Shown here piece after piece: positions 35,965 through 44,488 of a stretch of DNA of 64,000 bases. Made by a program: the position numbers and the translations under genes. Each line of letters starts with the position of its first letter. Position 1 is the stretch's first letter. Below the pieces are notes generated by a model. That model was given only the letters and a program-made list of their open reading frames with translations. It was not told the DNA's origin and made no database searches. The stretch spans positions 6,193-70,192 of the forward strand of contig CAYXOX010000003.1 of assembly GCA_964466745.1 (NCBI GenBank). Reading direction: 5' to 3'. Source of the stretch: an uncultured Rhodobacterales bacterium. Lineage in GTDB: Bacteria > Pseudomonadota > Alphaproteobacteria > Rhodobacterales > Rhodobacteraceae.

Positions 35965-36780
35965 ATGAAACTCTGCGTGACCTCTTGGTCGTTCCCGCAC
36001 CTGACGCTGGCGGAGGTCGCCGGCATCTCGAAGGTGCTCGGGCTCGAAGGCGTCGATGTCAGCTTCTTCTACGCATCGGGGCTCGACAAAGCGCGCCTGC
36101 TGGGCGAGCCCGAGGCCTATGGCACCGAGATCGCCGGCATCACCGGCCTGCCGGTTTCCAACCTCTACTACCTCTTCGGCGAGGGGCTGGCCGACCGCAA
36201 CCTCGCCCTCGGCACGCCCGACCCGCAGAACGCGCAGGACTTCGGCAAGGCGCTTGCGTTCTGCAAGGCCGCCGGTGCGCCGTCGGTCTTCCTGCTGCCG
36301 GGGCTCGTGAACCCCGGACAGAGCCGGCGGCAGGCGTTCGAAGCCTCCGCGGAAGCGCTCAAGCCGCTGGTGGCCGCGGGCCAGGAGGCAGGCGTCACCG
36401 TGACGATCGAGCCCCATGTGCACGGGCTGATCGAATCCGTGGAGATGTCGGCCGAGATGGTGGAGCGGGTGCCGGGGCTGAAGATCACCCTCGACCTGGC
36501 CCATTTCGTGACTCTCGGCTACCGACAGGACGAGATCGAGAGCTTGGCGCCCTACACCGGCCACGTCCACCTGCGCCAGGCCCGGCAAGGCGCGCTCCAG
36601 GCCAAGATGGAAGAGGGGACGATCAACTTCCCCTCCCTTCTCGGCACGCTGCGCGACGCCGGCTACGACGGCTGGCTCAGCATCGAATACGTCCACCAGG
36701 CCTACATGAACACGCTCTACGACGACGTGCTCTCCGAGACCGTCAAGATGCGGGACGCCGTGCGCGCCTGGCAGGGCTGA
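35965..36780 (+). CDS. Xylose isomerase-like TIM-barrel protein (sugar phosphate isomerase/epimerase family)
   Basis: AGGGAGA RBS. MKLCVTSWSF..., IEPHVHG, LDLAHF and WLSIEY form the family pattern of metal-ligand positions. Confidence 0.85.
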   Translation: MKLCVTSWSFPHLTLAEVAGISKVLGLEGVDVSFFYASGLDKARLLGEPEAYGTEIAGITGLPVSNLYYLFGEGLADRNLALGTPDPQNAQDFGKALAFCKAAGAPSVFLLPGLVNPGQSRRQAFEASAEALKPLVAAGQEAGVTVTIEPHVHGLIESVEMSAEMVERVPGLKITLDLAHFVTLGYRQDEIESLAPYTGHVHLRQARQGALQAKMEEGTINFPSLLGTLRDAGYDGWLSIEYVHQAYMNTLYDDVLSETVKMRDAVRAWQG

Positions 36781-36803
36781 ACACCACGAACCGGGAGAAA
36801 GAC

Positions 36804-37118
36804 ATGGCCAACTACGCATGGGTGCTGGGCGTTCGGCCCGGCTACGAGGACGAGTACAAGAAGCGGCACGACGAGATCTGGCCGGAACTCGCCGAAGACA
36901 TCCGCAAAGCGGGCATCCGCAACTACAACATCTTCCGGCACGGGCTCACGCTTTTCGGCTATTTCGAATGCGACGACCTGCCCGCCGCCATCGAGACTCT
37001 CGGCAAGTCCGACGCGAACCGGCGCTGGGGCGAGTACATGGCGCCGATCATGGTGCTCGACGCCGATCCGAGCACCGGCTTTCCCTACCTGTTGCCGCTG
37101 ATGTTCCACCAGGACTGA
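36804..37118 (+). CDS. L-rhamnose mutarotase family protein (RhaM/DUF718)
   Basis: 104 aa. YEDEYKKRHDEIWPELAEDIRKAGIRNYNIFRHGLTLFGYFE...W..YM is the RhaM signature as I recall it. Confidence 0.85.
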   Translation: MANYAWVLGVRPGYEDEYKKRHDEIWPELAEDIRKAGIRNYNIFRHGLTLFGYFECDDLPAAIETLGKSDANRRWGEYMAPIMVLDADPSTGFPYLLPLMFHQD

Positions 37119-37122
37119 ATCC

Positions 37123-38226
37123 ATGTCGGGGCACTTGGTGCAAAGCGAGATTCTGGGGCGCGCGATCCGCGCCGGCGGCTGGAATGAGCTTGCCGAGGGC
37201 ACGCCCCGGCTGATCCGGCGCGCGCTCGAGGCGGGCGACGAGCCCGGCGTCGCCGAGCTCGTGCCCTTCTTTCTTTCCGAGATGCGCGTCGTCTACGACA
37301 TCTACGCGCTGTGGTTTCCGCAGACGCTCAAATGCCTCGTCGACAAGGGCATGGCGCCCGGCGAGGCCGCCCGCCGCCACGAGGCCGTGCGCGCAAGGCT
37401 CGCGCTGTTCCACCCCAGCGCCCTGCGCCCGCGCGAGGAGGTCTGGGCCGAGATCGGCGCGGCCCTGGCCCGGGTGCAGGACGCAGCGCTGCCCGCAACA
37501 GGGCGCCACGCGGCGCTCGATGCCGCCACCGGCACATGGCGCGAGCTGCACGATTGCGAGGTGGACCAGCTGACCGGGCTCTTCGACGTGGTGATGTCCG
37601 AACACGGCGAACCTGCGCTTCTGGACATGTACGAAGGCTGGGTGGTGGGCGACTGGTTCGCCAAGCGCTACCGCCGCTTCGACGTGAGCGAGATGCCCTG
37701 GGAGACCGCGAGATGGCTGCTCGTCTACCTCGCGTTCGAGGGCATGCACGGGCATCTGAGCGGGCCGGCCCGCGATGGCACGATAGAGGTAGCCGAGGAC
37801 GCCGAGAAGATCACGCTCTCCTTCGCGCCCTGCGGGTCGGGCGGGCGCACCCTTCAGGGCGAGCCGCGCGACGGGCTCCCGCCCCTGCGCGATCCGGCGA
37901 TCGGGTGGGGCGAGCTTTCGGACGCGCATGATTTCACCTGGAACGAGAAAGGGGTGTGCTCCTACTGCGCCCATTGCGCCGTGCTCCACGAGACGCTGCC
38001 CATCGCCGCCTTCGGCTACCCGGTGCGGGTCACCGAGCCCCCCACCGCTCCGCTCGACGGCGAAAGCCGCTGCCGCTGGAGCGTGTACAAGAACCTGCGC
38101 GACATCCCCGAATGGGCCTACACCCGCGTCGGTGCGGTGAAACCCCCGGCCGATGCGCCCCTCGGCTCGGCGGGCCGGGCCGAGCGCGACGCCATGATCG
38201 CCGCGGCGGGCGCGCCCGGTGCGTGA
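37123..38226 (+). CDS. Conserved-looking hypothetical protein with a CxxCxxC motif
   Basis: 367-aa ORF starting 4 nt after the mutarotase stop and overlapping the next gene by 8 nt. Good G/C third-position bias. Cys in APCGSGG (about 37831) and in CSYCAHC (37956-37976). No family recognised. Confidence 0.75.
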   Translation: MSGHLVQSEILGRAIRAGGWNELAEGTPRLIRRALEAGDEPGVAELVPFFLSEMRVVYDIYALWFPQTLKCLVDKGMAPGEAARRHEAVRARLALFHPSALRPREEVWAEIGAALARVQDAALPATGRHAALDAATGTWRELHDCEVDQLTGLFDVVMSEHGEPALLDMYEGWVVGDWFAKRYRRFDVSEMPWETARWLLVYLAFEGMHGHLSGPARDGTIEVAEDAEKITLSFAPCGSGGRTLQGEPRDGLPPLRDPAIGWGELSDAHDFTWNEKGVCSYCAHCAVLHETLPIAAFGYPVRVTEPPTAPLDGESRCRWSVYKNLRDIPEWAYTRVGAVKPPADAPLGSAGRAERDAMIAAAGAPGA

Positions 38227-39679
38227 GCCTTTCGCCCCCCGGCCGCGCAGGCCCCGCGTGGCGGTGATCGGCGGCATGATGGCCTATTTCGAAAGCATCA
38301 TGGCCAGCGGGTTCCGCGACGACAGGCGCGGGCACGTCGCGGCCGTGGCGGGCCCGCTGGCGCACGACTGCGAGATCGAGGATCTCGGGCTCTGGGCGGA
38401 TGCGGGCGACATCGCCCCCATGGCCCGGCGGCTGGCGGAAACGCCCTGCGACCTGCTGCTGCTGGTGCCGACCATGGCCACGCCTCCGGCCGAGATCGCC
38501 CGCCTCGCGGCGGGGCTGGGCGTGCCCGTGGTGATCGCCTGCGCGCACGAGCTCTCGCGGGTGACGGACGCCTACGACATGCGCGAGCTCTGCCGCCACT
38601 CCACCAACGTCGGCGCCACCATGCTGGGCGCGATGCTGCGGCGCATCCCCGGTGCACCGGTGCCCACGCTCGTTGCCGGTTTCCTCGACGATCCGGACTT
38701 CCACGCCCGCCTCGCCTCGGCGGTGGCGGCCGCGCTTCTCGGCCGCGAGATGCGCGGCCTCCGCGTCGGCCGGCTGGGCCCGCCCCAGCCGGGCTACGAT
38801 CACGTCGGCCTTTCCGGCGAGGAAGCCGCGCTGGGCGGGGTCGAGATCGTCGATATTCCGCTCGAACGCTGGCAGGCCGCCAACGCGGCCGTGCGCAGCC
38901 CCGAGATCGACGCCTTCCGCGAGGAGCATCTGCCGCGGCACCTGCCCCGCCAGGCGCGATGGGAGGCCTCGGAGGATCTCGATCGCGCGATCCGCCAGGC
39001 GCTGGCCCTCGATGCGCTGGCCGAGGAAGAGGCGCTCGCCTGCGGCTCCCTCGCCTGCCGCGGGGCCTTCGGGGTGGGCATGCCCGGCGGCTCGCTCGGC
39101 TGCCTCGCCACCTCGCTGATGACGGGCTCTGGGCGGCCGTTCAGCGCCACGGGCGACCTGGTCACAGCCGTAGCCATGCACATCGGCAAGCGGCTGGGCG
39201 GCGCCACGCTCTATTGCGAGCTCGACGCGGTGGACCGCGCCCGCGACGCGTTCCTCGTCGCCAATACCGGCGAAGCCGATTTCGCCTGGTGCCCTCCGGG
39301 CGGGCGGGCATCCATCCGCCCAGCGGCGGCCCATTCCGGGCGCGAGGTGCCGGGCGTGGTGCTCGAGCACGATCTCGCCGCCGGGCCGGCGACCATGCTC
39401 GGCGTGGTGCCCGACCTCGAGGCGGGAGCCTTCCGCCTCATCGCGCTCGAGGGCGATGTGCCGGAAGCGCCCGCGCGCACCGCGCTCAAGGTCACGCAGG
39501 GGTGGTTCCGCACCGCGCGCCGCCCGGCGCTCTCGGCGTTCGAGGCCTGGGCCGAGGCCGGCGCCACCCATCACGGCGCCCTGAGCCGCGGCGCGCTGGG
39601 CGAGGCGGCAGGCTGGCTGGCCCGCGGGGCGGGCTATCGCGTCACATGCATCGGAAACGAAGGAGCACGGCATGACTGA
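38219..39679 (+). CDS. L-fucose/L-arabinose isomerase-like family protein (distant member)
   Basis: 486 aa with a GTG 38219 start. N-terminal RVAVIGGMMAYFE and C-terminal GDLVTAVAMHIGKRLGG...LYCELD...HHGALSRG resemble the COG2407-type isomerase pattern. The family call is by eye only. Confidence 0.65.
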   Translation: MREPFAPRPRRPRVAVIGGMMAYFESIMASGFRDDRRGHVAAVAGPLAHDCEIEDLGLWADAGDIAPMARRLAETPCDLLLLVPTMATPPAEIARLAAGLGVPVVIACAHELSRVTDAYDMRELCRHSTNVGATMLGAMLRRIPGAPVPTLVAGFLDDPDFHARLASAVAAALLGREMRGLRVGRLGPPQPGYDHVGLSGEEAALGGVEIVDIPLERWQAANAAVRSPEIDAFREEHLPRHLPRQARWEASEDLDRAIRQALALDALAEEEALACGSLACRGAFGVGMPGGSLGCLATSLMTGSGRPFSATGDLVTAVAMHIGKRLGGATLYCELDAVDRARDAFLVANTGEADFAWCPPGGRASIRPAAAHSGREVPGVVLEHDLAAGPATMLGVVPDLEAGAFRLIALEGDVPEAPARTALKVTQGWFRTARRPALSAFEAWAEAGATHHGALSRGALGEAAGWLARGAGYRVTCIGNEGARHD

Positions 39680-40436
39680 CCCCAAGGTGGCCCTCGTCAC
39701 CGGAGCCTCGAAGGGAATCGGCCTGGAGACCGCCCGGCTCCTCGTCGCTCGAGGCTGGAAGGTCGCGATCACCGCGCGCGGCGCCACCGCACTGGACGCC
39801 GCTGCCGCCGGCCTCGGCGCCGGCAACACACTCGCCCTGCCCTGCGACGTGGCCGACCCCGACGCCGCCCGCGCCGCCGCCGAGGCCGCCGCGCGGGCCT
39901 TCGGGCCGGTGCGTGCGCTGGTGAACAACGCCGGCATCATCGATCCGGTGGGCCGGCTGCACGAGATGGCGCCCGATGCCTGGATGGAGCTGCAACGCAT
40001 CAACCTCGGCGGCGTTTTCAACATGTGCCGCGCGGTGCTGCCCGGCATGATCGAGGCCGGCGGCGGGGTGATTGTGAATCTTTCCTCGGGAGCCGCGCAG
40101 AAACCGATGGACGGCTGGAGCGCCTACTGCACCTCCAAGGCGGGCCTCGCGATGCTCACCCGCTGCCTCGACACGGAGTACCGCGAGATGGGCATCCGGG
40201 TGCATGATTTCATCCCCGGCGTGGTGGGAACCGACATGCTCAACGGCGCACAGCGGAAGTTCGACAACGCCGCGGCCCGGCTCGACGACAGCGTGAAACT
40301 GACGCCCGACATTCCCGCCCGCTGCATCGCGTGGCTCGTCGACGAGGGCGAGGGGCGCGCCGATGCGGTGCACCAGTCGATCCGCGACCCGGAGTTCCGC
40401 TCGAAGGTCGGCCTCGAGGAGCGGGCGCAATGGTAG
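39672..40436 (+). CDS. SDR family oxidoreductase
   Basis: VALVTGASKGIGLETA, NNAG, catalytic SAYCTSKAG (YxxxK) and GAAGGAG RBS. Overlaps the upstream gene by 8 nt. Confidence 0.9.
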   Translation: MTDPKVALVTGASKGIGLETARLLVARGWKVAITARGATALDAAAAGLGAGNTLALPCDVADPDAARAAAEAAARAFGPVRALVNNAGIIDPVGRLHEMAPDAWMELQRINLGGVFNMCRAVLPGMIEAGGGVIVNLSSGAAQKPMDGWSAYCTSKAGLAMLTRCLDTEYREMGIRVHDFIPGVVGTDMLNGAQRKFDNAAARLDDSVKLTPDIPARCIAWLVDEGEGRADAVHQSIRDPEFRSKVGLEERAQW

Positions 40437-41188
40437 CCCCGCTCGAACCCGGCGCGCTCGGCCTCGAAGGGCGGCGCATTCTCGTCACCGGGGCCGCCCA
40501 GGGGCTCGGGCAGGAAACCGCCGTTTGGCTGAGCCGGCTCGGCGCGGAGGTGATCGCCGCCGATATCGCGCCCTGCGACGCCACGCTGGCCCGCGCCGAC
40601 GGGCGGATGACGGCGCGCCGCATCGATCTCGGCGCCGGCGCGGCGGTTGGAGACGCTTTCTCCGCCATCGCAGCCGAAGGCCCAGTCTACGGGCTGGTCA
40701 ATTGCGCGGGCGTATTGAGGCGGCTGCCTCTCGAGGAGACGACGGAAGACGATCTCGCCTTTCAGACGGCGATCAACCAGACAGGAACCTTCTTTCTGGC
40801 CCGCGCCGCCATGGCCCATATGGTGGCCAACGGTGAGGGCCGCATCGTGCTCTACACCAGCCAGGGCGCGGTGACGGGAGGCTATCTCGGCTCGATCCCC
40901 TACGCCATGAACAAGGCGGCCGTCACGGCGCTGGTCAAGTCCTTCGCCCGCCACGCGGCACCGCACGGCGTCACGGTGAACGCGGTTTCGCCGGGTGCCG
41001 CGGAAACGGCGATGCTGCGCGAGGGAACGACTGATGCGGCCATCGCCGAGTTCGCGAAGATGATCCCGATGCAGCGCGTGGGTCAGCCCGGCGAGATGGC
41101 CGGCCCGACCGTGTTCCTGCTCAGCGAATGGGCGCGCTTCATCACCGGCGCCACCATCCACGTCAACGGCGGGCAGGTGATGGTATGA
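40430..41188 (+). CDS. SDR family oxidoreductase
   Basis: ILVTGAAQGLGQETA, NCAG, IPYAMNKAA (YxxxK) and ITGATIHVNGG. ATG 40430 overlaps the upstream stop region. Confidence 0.9.
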   Translation: MVAPLEPGALGLEGRRILVTGAAQGLGQETAVWLSRLGAEVIAADIAPCDATLARADGRMTARRIDLGAGAAVGDAFSAIAAEGPVYGLVNCAGVLRRLPLEETTEDDLAFQTAINQTGTFFLARAAMAHMVANGEGRIVLYTSQGAVTGGYLGSIPYAMNKAAVTALVKSFARHAAPHGVTVNAVSPGAAETAMLREGTTDAAIAEFAKMIPMQRVGQPGEMAGPTVFLLSEWARFITGATIHVNGGQVMV

Positions 41189-41287
41189 GCGGAATAGCCG
41201 GGATCGCAGGCGGCCCCGCTCAGGCGCCGCGCCCCCCCGAAGCACGCGCCCTGCGGCGCGACGTCCAACCGCAAGGAGGAAAATGAG

Positions 41288-42340
41288 ATGGCAAAGGCCA
41301 GAGTCGCGCTGATCGGCGCCGGATGGTGGGGTGTAGAGGTCTACGTGCCCACGATGATCGCCCACCCCGACATCGAACTCGTTGCGGTGAACCGGCGCAA
41401 TCGCGAGGCGCTCGACAAGATCCTTGCCACGCACAAGGGCCCCAAGGGCTACACCGACTACCGCGAGATGCTCGCGGCGGAAGAGCTCGACGCGGTGGTC
41501 ATCACCTCGCCGCACACGGCCCACTACGAGCACGCCAGCGCAGCCCTCGAAGCCGGTTGCCACGTGCTGATCGACAAGCCGATGACAACGAGCGCCGCCC
41601 ATGCCCGCGCGCTTGTCCGCCTCGCCGCCGAGAAGGGCGGCGAGATCGTGATCCCCTACGGGTGGAACTACAAGGATTTCGCCACCGAGGCGTCGCGGCT
41701 GATCGCCGAGGGCCGGATCGGCGAGGTTCGGCACATCGCCTGCCACATCGCCACCTTCACCTACGATCTCTTCGGCGGCTACGGGCTGGCCGACGCGAAG
41801 GACCACATGTTCCAGCCCAACAAGTCCACCTGGGCCGACCCCGACAACGCCGGCGGCTACGGCTGGGGCCAGTCGAGCCACTCGCTGGGCCTGATGTTCC
41901 GGGTGGTCGATCTCGAGCCGGTGGAGGTGTTCGCCCTCGACACCAAGTCCGACGCCGGGGTCGACCTGACCAACGCGGCGGTGGTGACTTTCGCCAACGG
42001 CGCGCGCGCCAGCGTCTCGAGCACTGCGCTGCTTCCCAAGCATTGCAGCTACCAGATGGATGTGCGTGTATTCGGCACCGAGGGCTGCCTGACGCTCGAC
42101 ATGGAGCGCACCCGAATGGAGCTTCGCCGGATGGACGGCAAGGACGAGGTGATCAAGGAGCTTCCCGCCGACGCCGGGCAGTACGAAGCGATCAAGCCCA
42201 TCGACAGGCTCGCAAGGGTCTGCCTCGGCACCTGCACCCACGAAGACATCGAAGCCAACGGCACGGTGGGCATGCGCGCCGTCGAGGTGCTCGACGCGAT
42301 GTACCGTTCCTTCGCATCCGGCCGGCCGGAAAAGGTCTGA
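41288..42340 (+). CDS. Gfo/Idh/MocA family NAD(P)-dependent oxidoreductase
   Basis: AAGGAGGA RBS. RVALIGAGWWG... and AVVITSPHTAHYEHASAALEAGCHVLIDKPMT are the classical family signature (EKP variant DKP). Confidence 0.9.
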   Translation: MAKARVALIGAGWWGVEVYVPTMIAHPDIELVAVNRRNREALDKILATHKGPKGYTDYREMLAAEELDAVVITSPHTAHYEHASAALEAGCHVLIDKPMTTSAAHARALVRLAAEKGGEIVIPYGWNYKDFATEASRLIAEGRIGEVRHIACHIATFTYDLFGGYGLADAKDHMFQPNKSTWADPDNAGGYGWGQSSHSLGLMFRVVDLEPVEVFALDTKSDAGVDLTNAAVVTFANGARASVSSTALLPKHCSYQMDVRVFGTEGCLTLDMERTRMELRRMDGKDEVIKELPADAGQYEAIKPIDRLARVCLGTCTHEDIEANGTVGMRAVEVLDAMYRSFASGRPEKV

Positions 42341-42342
42341 AC

Positions 42343-43116
42343 ATGCCCTGGAAGACCCGTCGCGAAGACATCCTGAAGGGCGGTTTCTCCACGCCGCTCG
42401 ATGCGCCCATGGTGCCGCCCTTCCCCTTCGCCTTCCGCGACGTGGAGGTGTTCACCCTCGTGTGGCGCACCGATCTGGCCGCCATAGAGGCGCTGCTGCC
42501 GGAGCCGCTTGTGCCCACGGGCGATGCCGTCATGGCCCATGTCTACCGCATGAACGATACAGATTGGCTCGGCCCCTACGCGGAATGCAACGTGATGGTC
42601 GGGGTCGAGCTTCCCGGCGTCGCCGTCGGAAGCTACTCGCCGTATCTCTTCCTGTCGTCCGACATCGGCGTGGCCCATGGCCGGGAGGCCCATGGGCAGC
42701 CCAAGAAGCTGGGCCACCCGAGGATCGAGTTCCGCGGCGATCTCATCGTCGGCACGCTGGAGCGCAACGGGATCGACGTGATCACCGGCACCATGCCCTA
42801 CAAGCAGACGGCGGCCGAGATCGGCGATCTGGCCGGGATCTTTCCCTTCGCCACCAACATCAACCTCAAGGCGGTGGACCATATCGACGGCACGCCCGCG
42901 ATCCGCCAGCTGACTTCGCGCAGCCTGGCCGATGTGAAGGTGACCGAGTGCTGGCGCGGGCCCTGCACGGCCGAGCTGCGCCCGAACGCCCAGGCGCCGG
43001 TGCATCGCCTGCCGGTGCGCGAGATGTGCGAGGGCTTCTACTGGCGCGGCGAGTTCACGCTCGTGGCCGGCACGGTGCTGCTCGATTACCTCGCCGAGGC
43101 GGAGGGCGCGCGATGA
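42343..43116 (+). CDS. Acetoacetate decarboxylase (ADC) family protein
   Basis: 257 aa starting 3 nt after the upstream stop. PPFPFAFRDVEVFTLVWRTD... and GREAHGQPKKLG resemble the ADC-family beta-cone with its Schiff-base Lys motif. By eye only. Confidence 0.78.
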   Translation: MPWKTRREDILKGGFSTPLDAPMVPPFPFAFRDVEVFTLVWRTDLAAIEALLPEPLVPTGDAVMAHVYRMNDTDWLGPYAECNVMVGVELPGVAVGSYSPYLFLSSDIGVAHGREAHGQPKKLGHPRIEFRGDLIVGTLERNGIDVITGTMPYKQTAAEIGDLAGIFPFATNINLKAVDHIDGTPAIRQLTSRSLADVKVTECWRGPCTAELRPNAQAPVHRLPVREMCEGFYWRGEFTLVAGTVLLDYLAEAEGAR

Positions 43117-43257
43117 GCCCGCAGCACGCGCCACAGCCCTCCCGCGCGGCGGAGCGCAGGCTTGCGAAGGCGTCACCGCAGCACCCGCTTGCCGTTCGCG
43201 GCAGCTCGGCACGGCTTGCGCGAGATGCAGCCGCGACCCTTCGAAGGGGTCCCGCCC

Positions 43258-44397
43258 ATGGCTGACGACCGCATCGTGCGCAGCGTCGAGGCGATCCCGG
43301 TCGCCTACCCCGAACCGGTCGATCACAACCGCACCCGCTCGGTGTGCCTGGTGAAGATCACCGTCGAGGGCGGGCTCGTGGGCTGGGGCGAATGCTGCAC
43401 CTACTTTCCCGAAGCGACGCGGGCCGCGGCCTGCCTGGTGGAGGGGCTCGCGCCGCTGGTGACGGGCCGCAGCGCGCTGGAGATCGAGGGCATCGGCGAC
43501 GCGCTGCGCGGGCACAGCTGGTGGTACGGCACCGGAGGCGGGCTTTGCGCCATGGCCATCTCGGGCATCGACATCGCGCTATGGGATGTGAAGGGCAAGC
43601 TCCTGGGCACCCGCGTGCTCGACCTGCTCGGCGGGAAGGTGAAGGACCGCCTGCCCGCCATCGCCAGCATGCACGCGACCCGCGCCGACATCGCCGCCAT
43701 GGCGGAGGAGATCGCCGGATACACCGCCACGGGCCTGCACGGCGCGAAGATCGGCTTCGGCAAGGCGGGCGAGGCCAATCTCGGGTTCGACCATGCCCGC
43801 GACATCGCCTTCGTGGAGCAGGTGACCGAGGCCATGGGCCCCGGAAAGCAGCTCATGGTGGATCTCGGCGTCAAGAACCGCTGGGACATCGCCACCGCCA
43901 TCACCCGCGCCCGCGCCTTCGAGGAACGCGGGGTCGCCTGGCTGGAGGAGCCGCTCGGCCATGACGACCCCGAGGGTTACCGTGCCCTGCGCGCGGCGAG
44001 CGGCATCCGCATCGCCTACGGCGAAAGGGAGTGGACGGCGCGCGGCGTGGAGAGGATCGTCGCCAGCGGCACGGTGGACGTCGTGGGGCTCGATCCCGGC
44101 CGCGTGGAGGGCATCAGTGGCTTCAGGAAGGCAGCCGAGATCTGTGCGCGCAACCGCCGCCAGGCCAACGCGCACAACTTTTCCACCGCCATCGTCGGCG
44201 CGGCGAGCCTTGCGTTGAGCTTCGCCTCGCCCGCCTGCCACCTGCTGGAGCTGCAGCCGGTCTACGGCCCTGCCCAGCGCGATCTCGTGGACCGCCCCGT
44301 CACCCACACCGACGGCTGGGTCAACGAGCCCACGGGGGCCGGGCTCGGCATCGAGATAAACGAGGATCTTGTCCGCCACGCACGGCTGGACGCATGA
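43258..44397 (+). CDS. Enolase superfamily enzyme (mandelate racemase / muconate lactonizing enzyme family; sugar-acid dehydratase or cycloisomerase candidate)
   Basis: GISGIDIALWDVKGKLLG, metal-ligand context MVDLGVKN / LEEPL / AYGERE, and general-base region NAHNF. About 379 aa. Confidence 0.9.
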   Translation: MADDRIVRSVEAIPVAYPEPVDHNRTRSVCLVKITVEGGLVGWGECCTYFPEATRAAACLVEGLAPLVTGRSALEIEGIGDALRGHSWWYGTGGGLCAMAISGIDIALWDVKGKLLGTRVLDLLGGKVKDRLPAIASMHATRADIAAMAEEIAGYTATGLHGAKIGFGKAGEANLGFDHARDIAFVEQVTEAMGPGKQLMVDLGVKNRWDIATAITRARAFEERGVAWLEEPLGHDDPEGYRALRAASGIRIAYGEREWTARGVERIVASGTVDVVGLDPGRVEGISGFRKAAEICARNRRQANAHNFSTAIVGAASLALSFASPACHLLELQPVYGPAQRDLVDRPVTHTDGWVNEPTGAGLGIEINEDLVRHARLDA

Positions 44398-44488
44398 ACC
44401 GTCGCCGCGCCGCCGAGGAGGGCGGGCGGGATCGGAAAGCCGCCGGCGGAAACGCCGGCAAAACTCTGGAACTTGGGAGGAAACCGAG

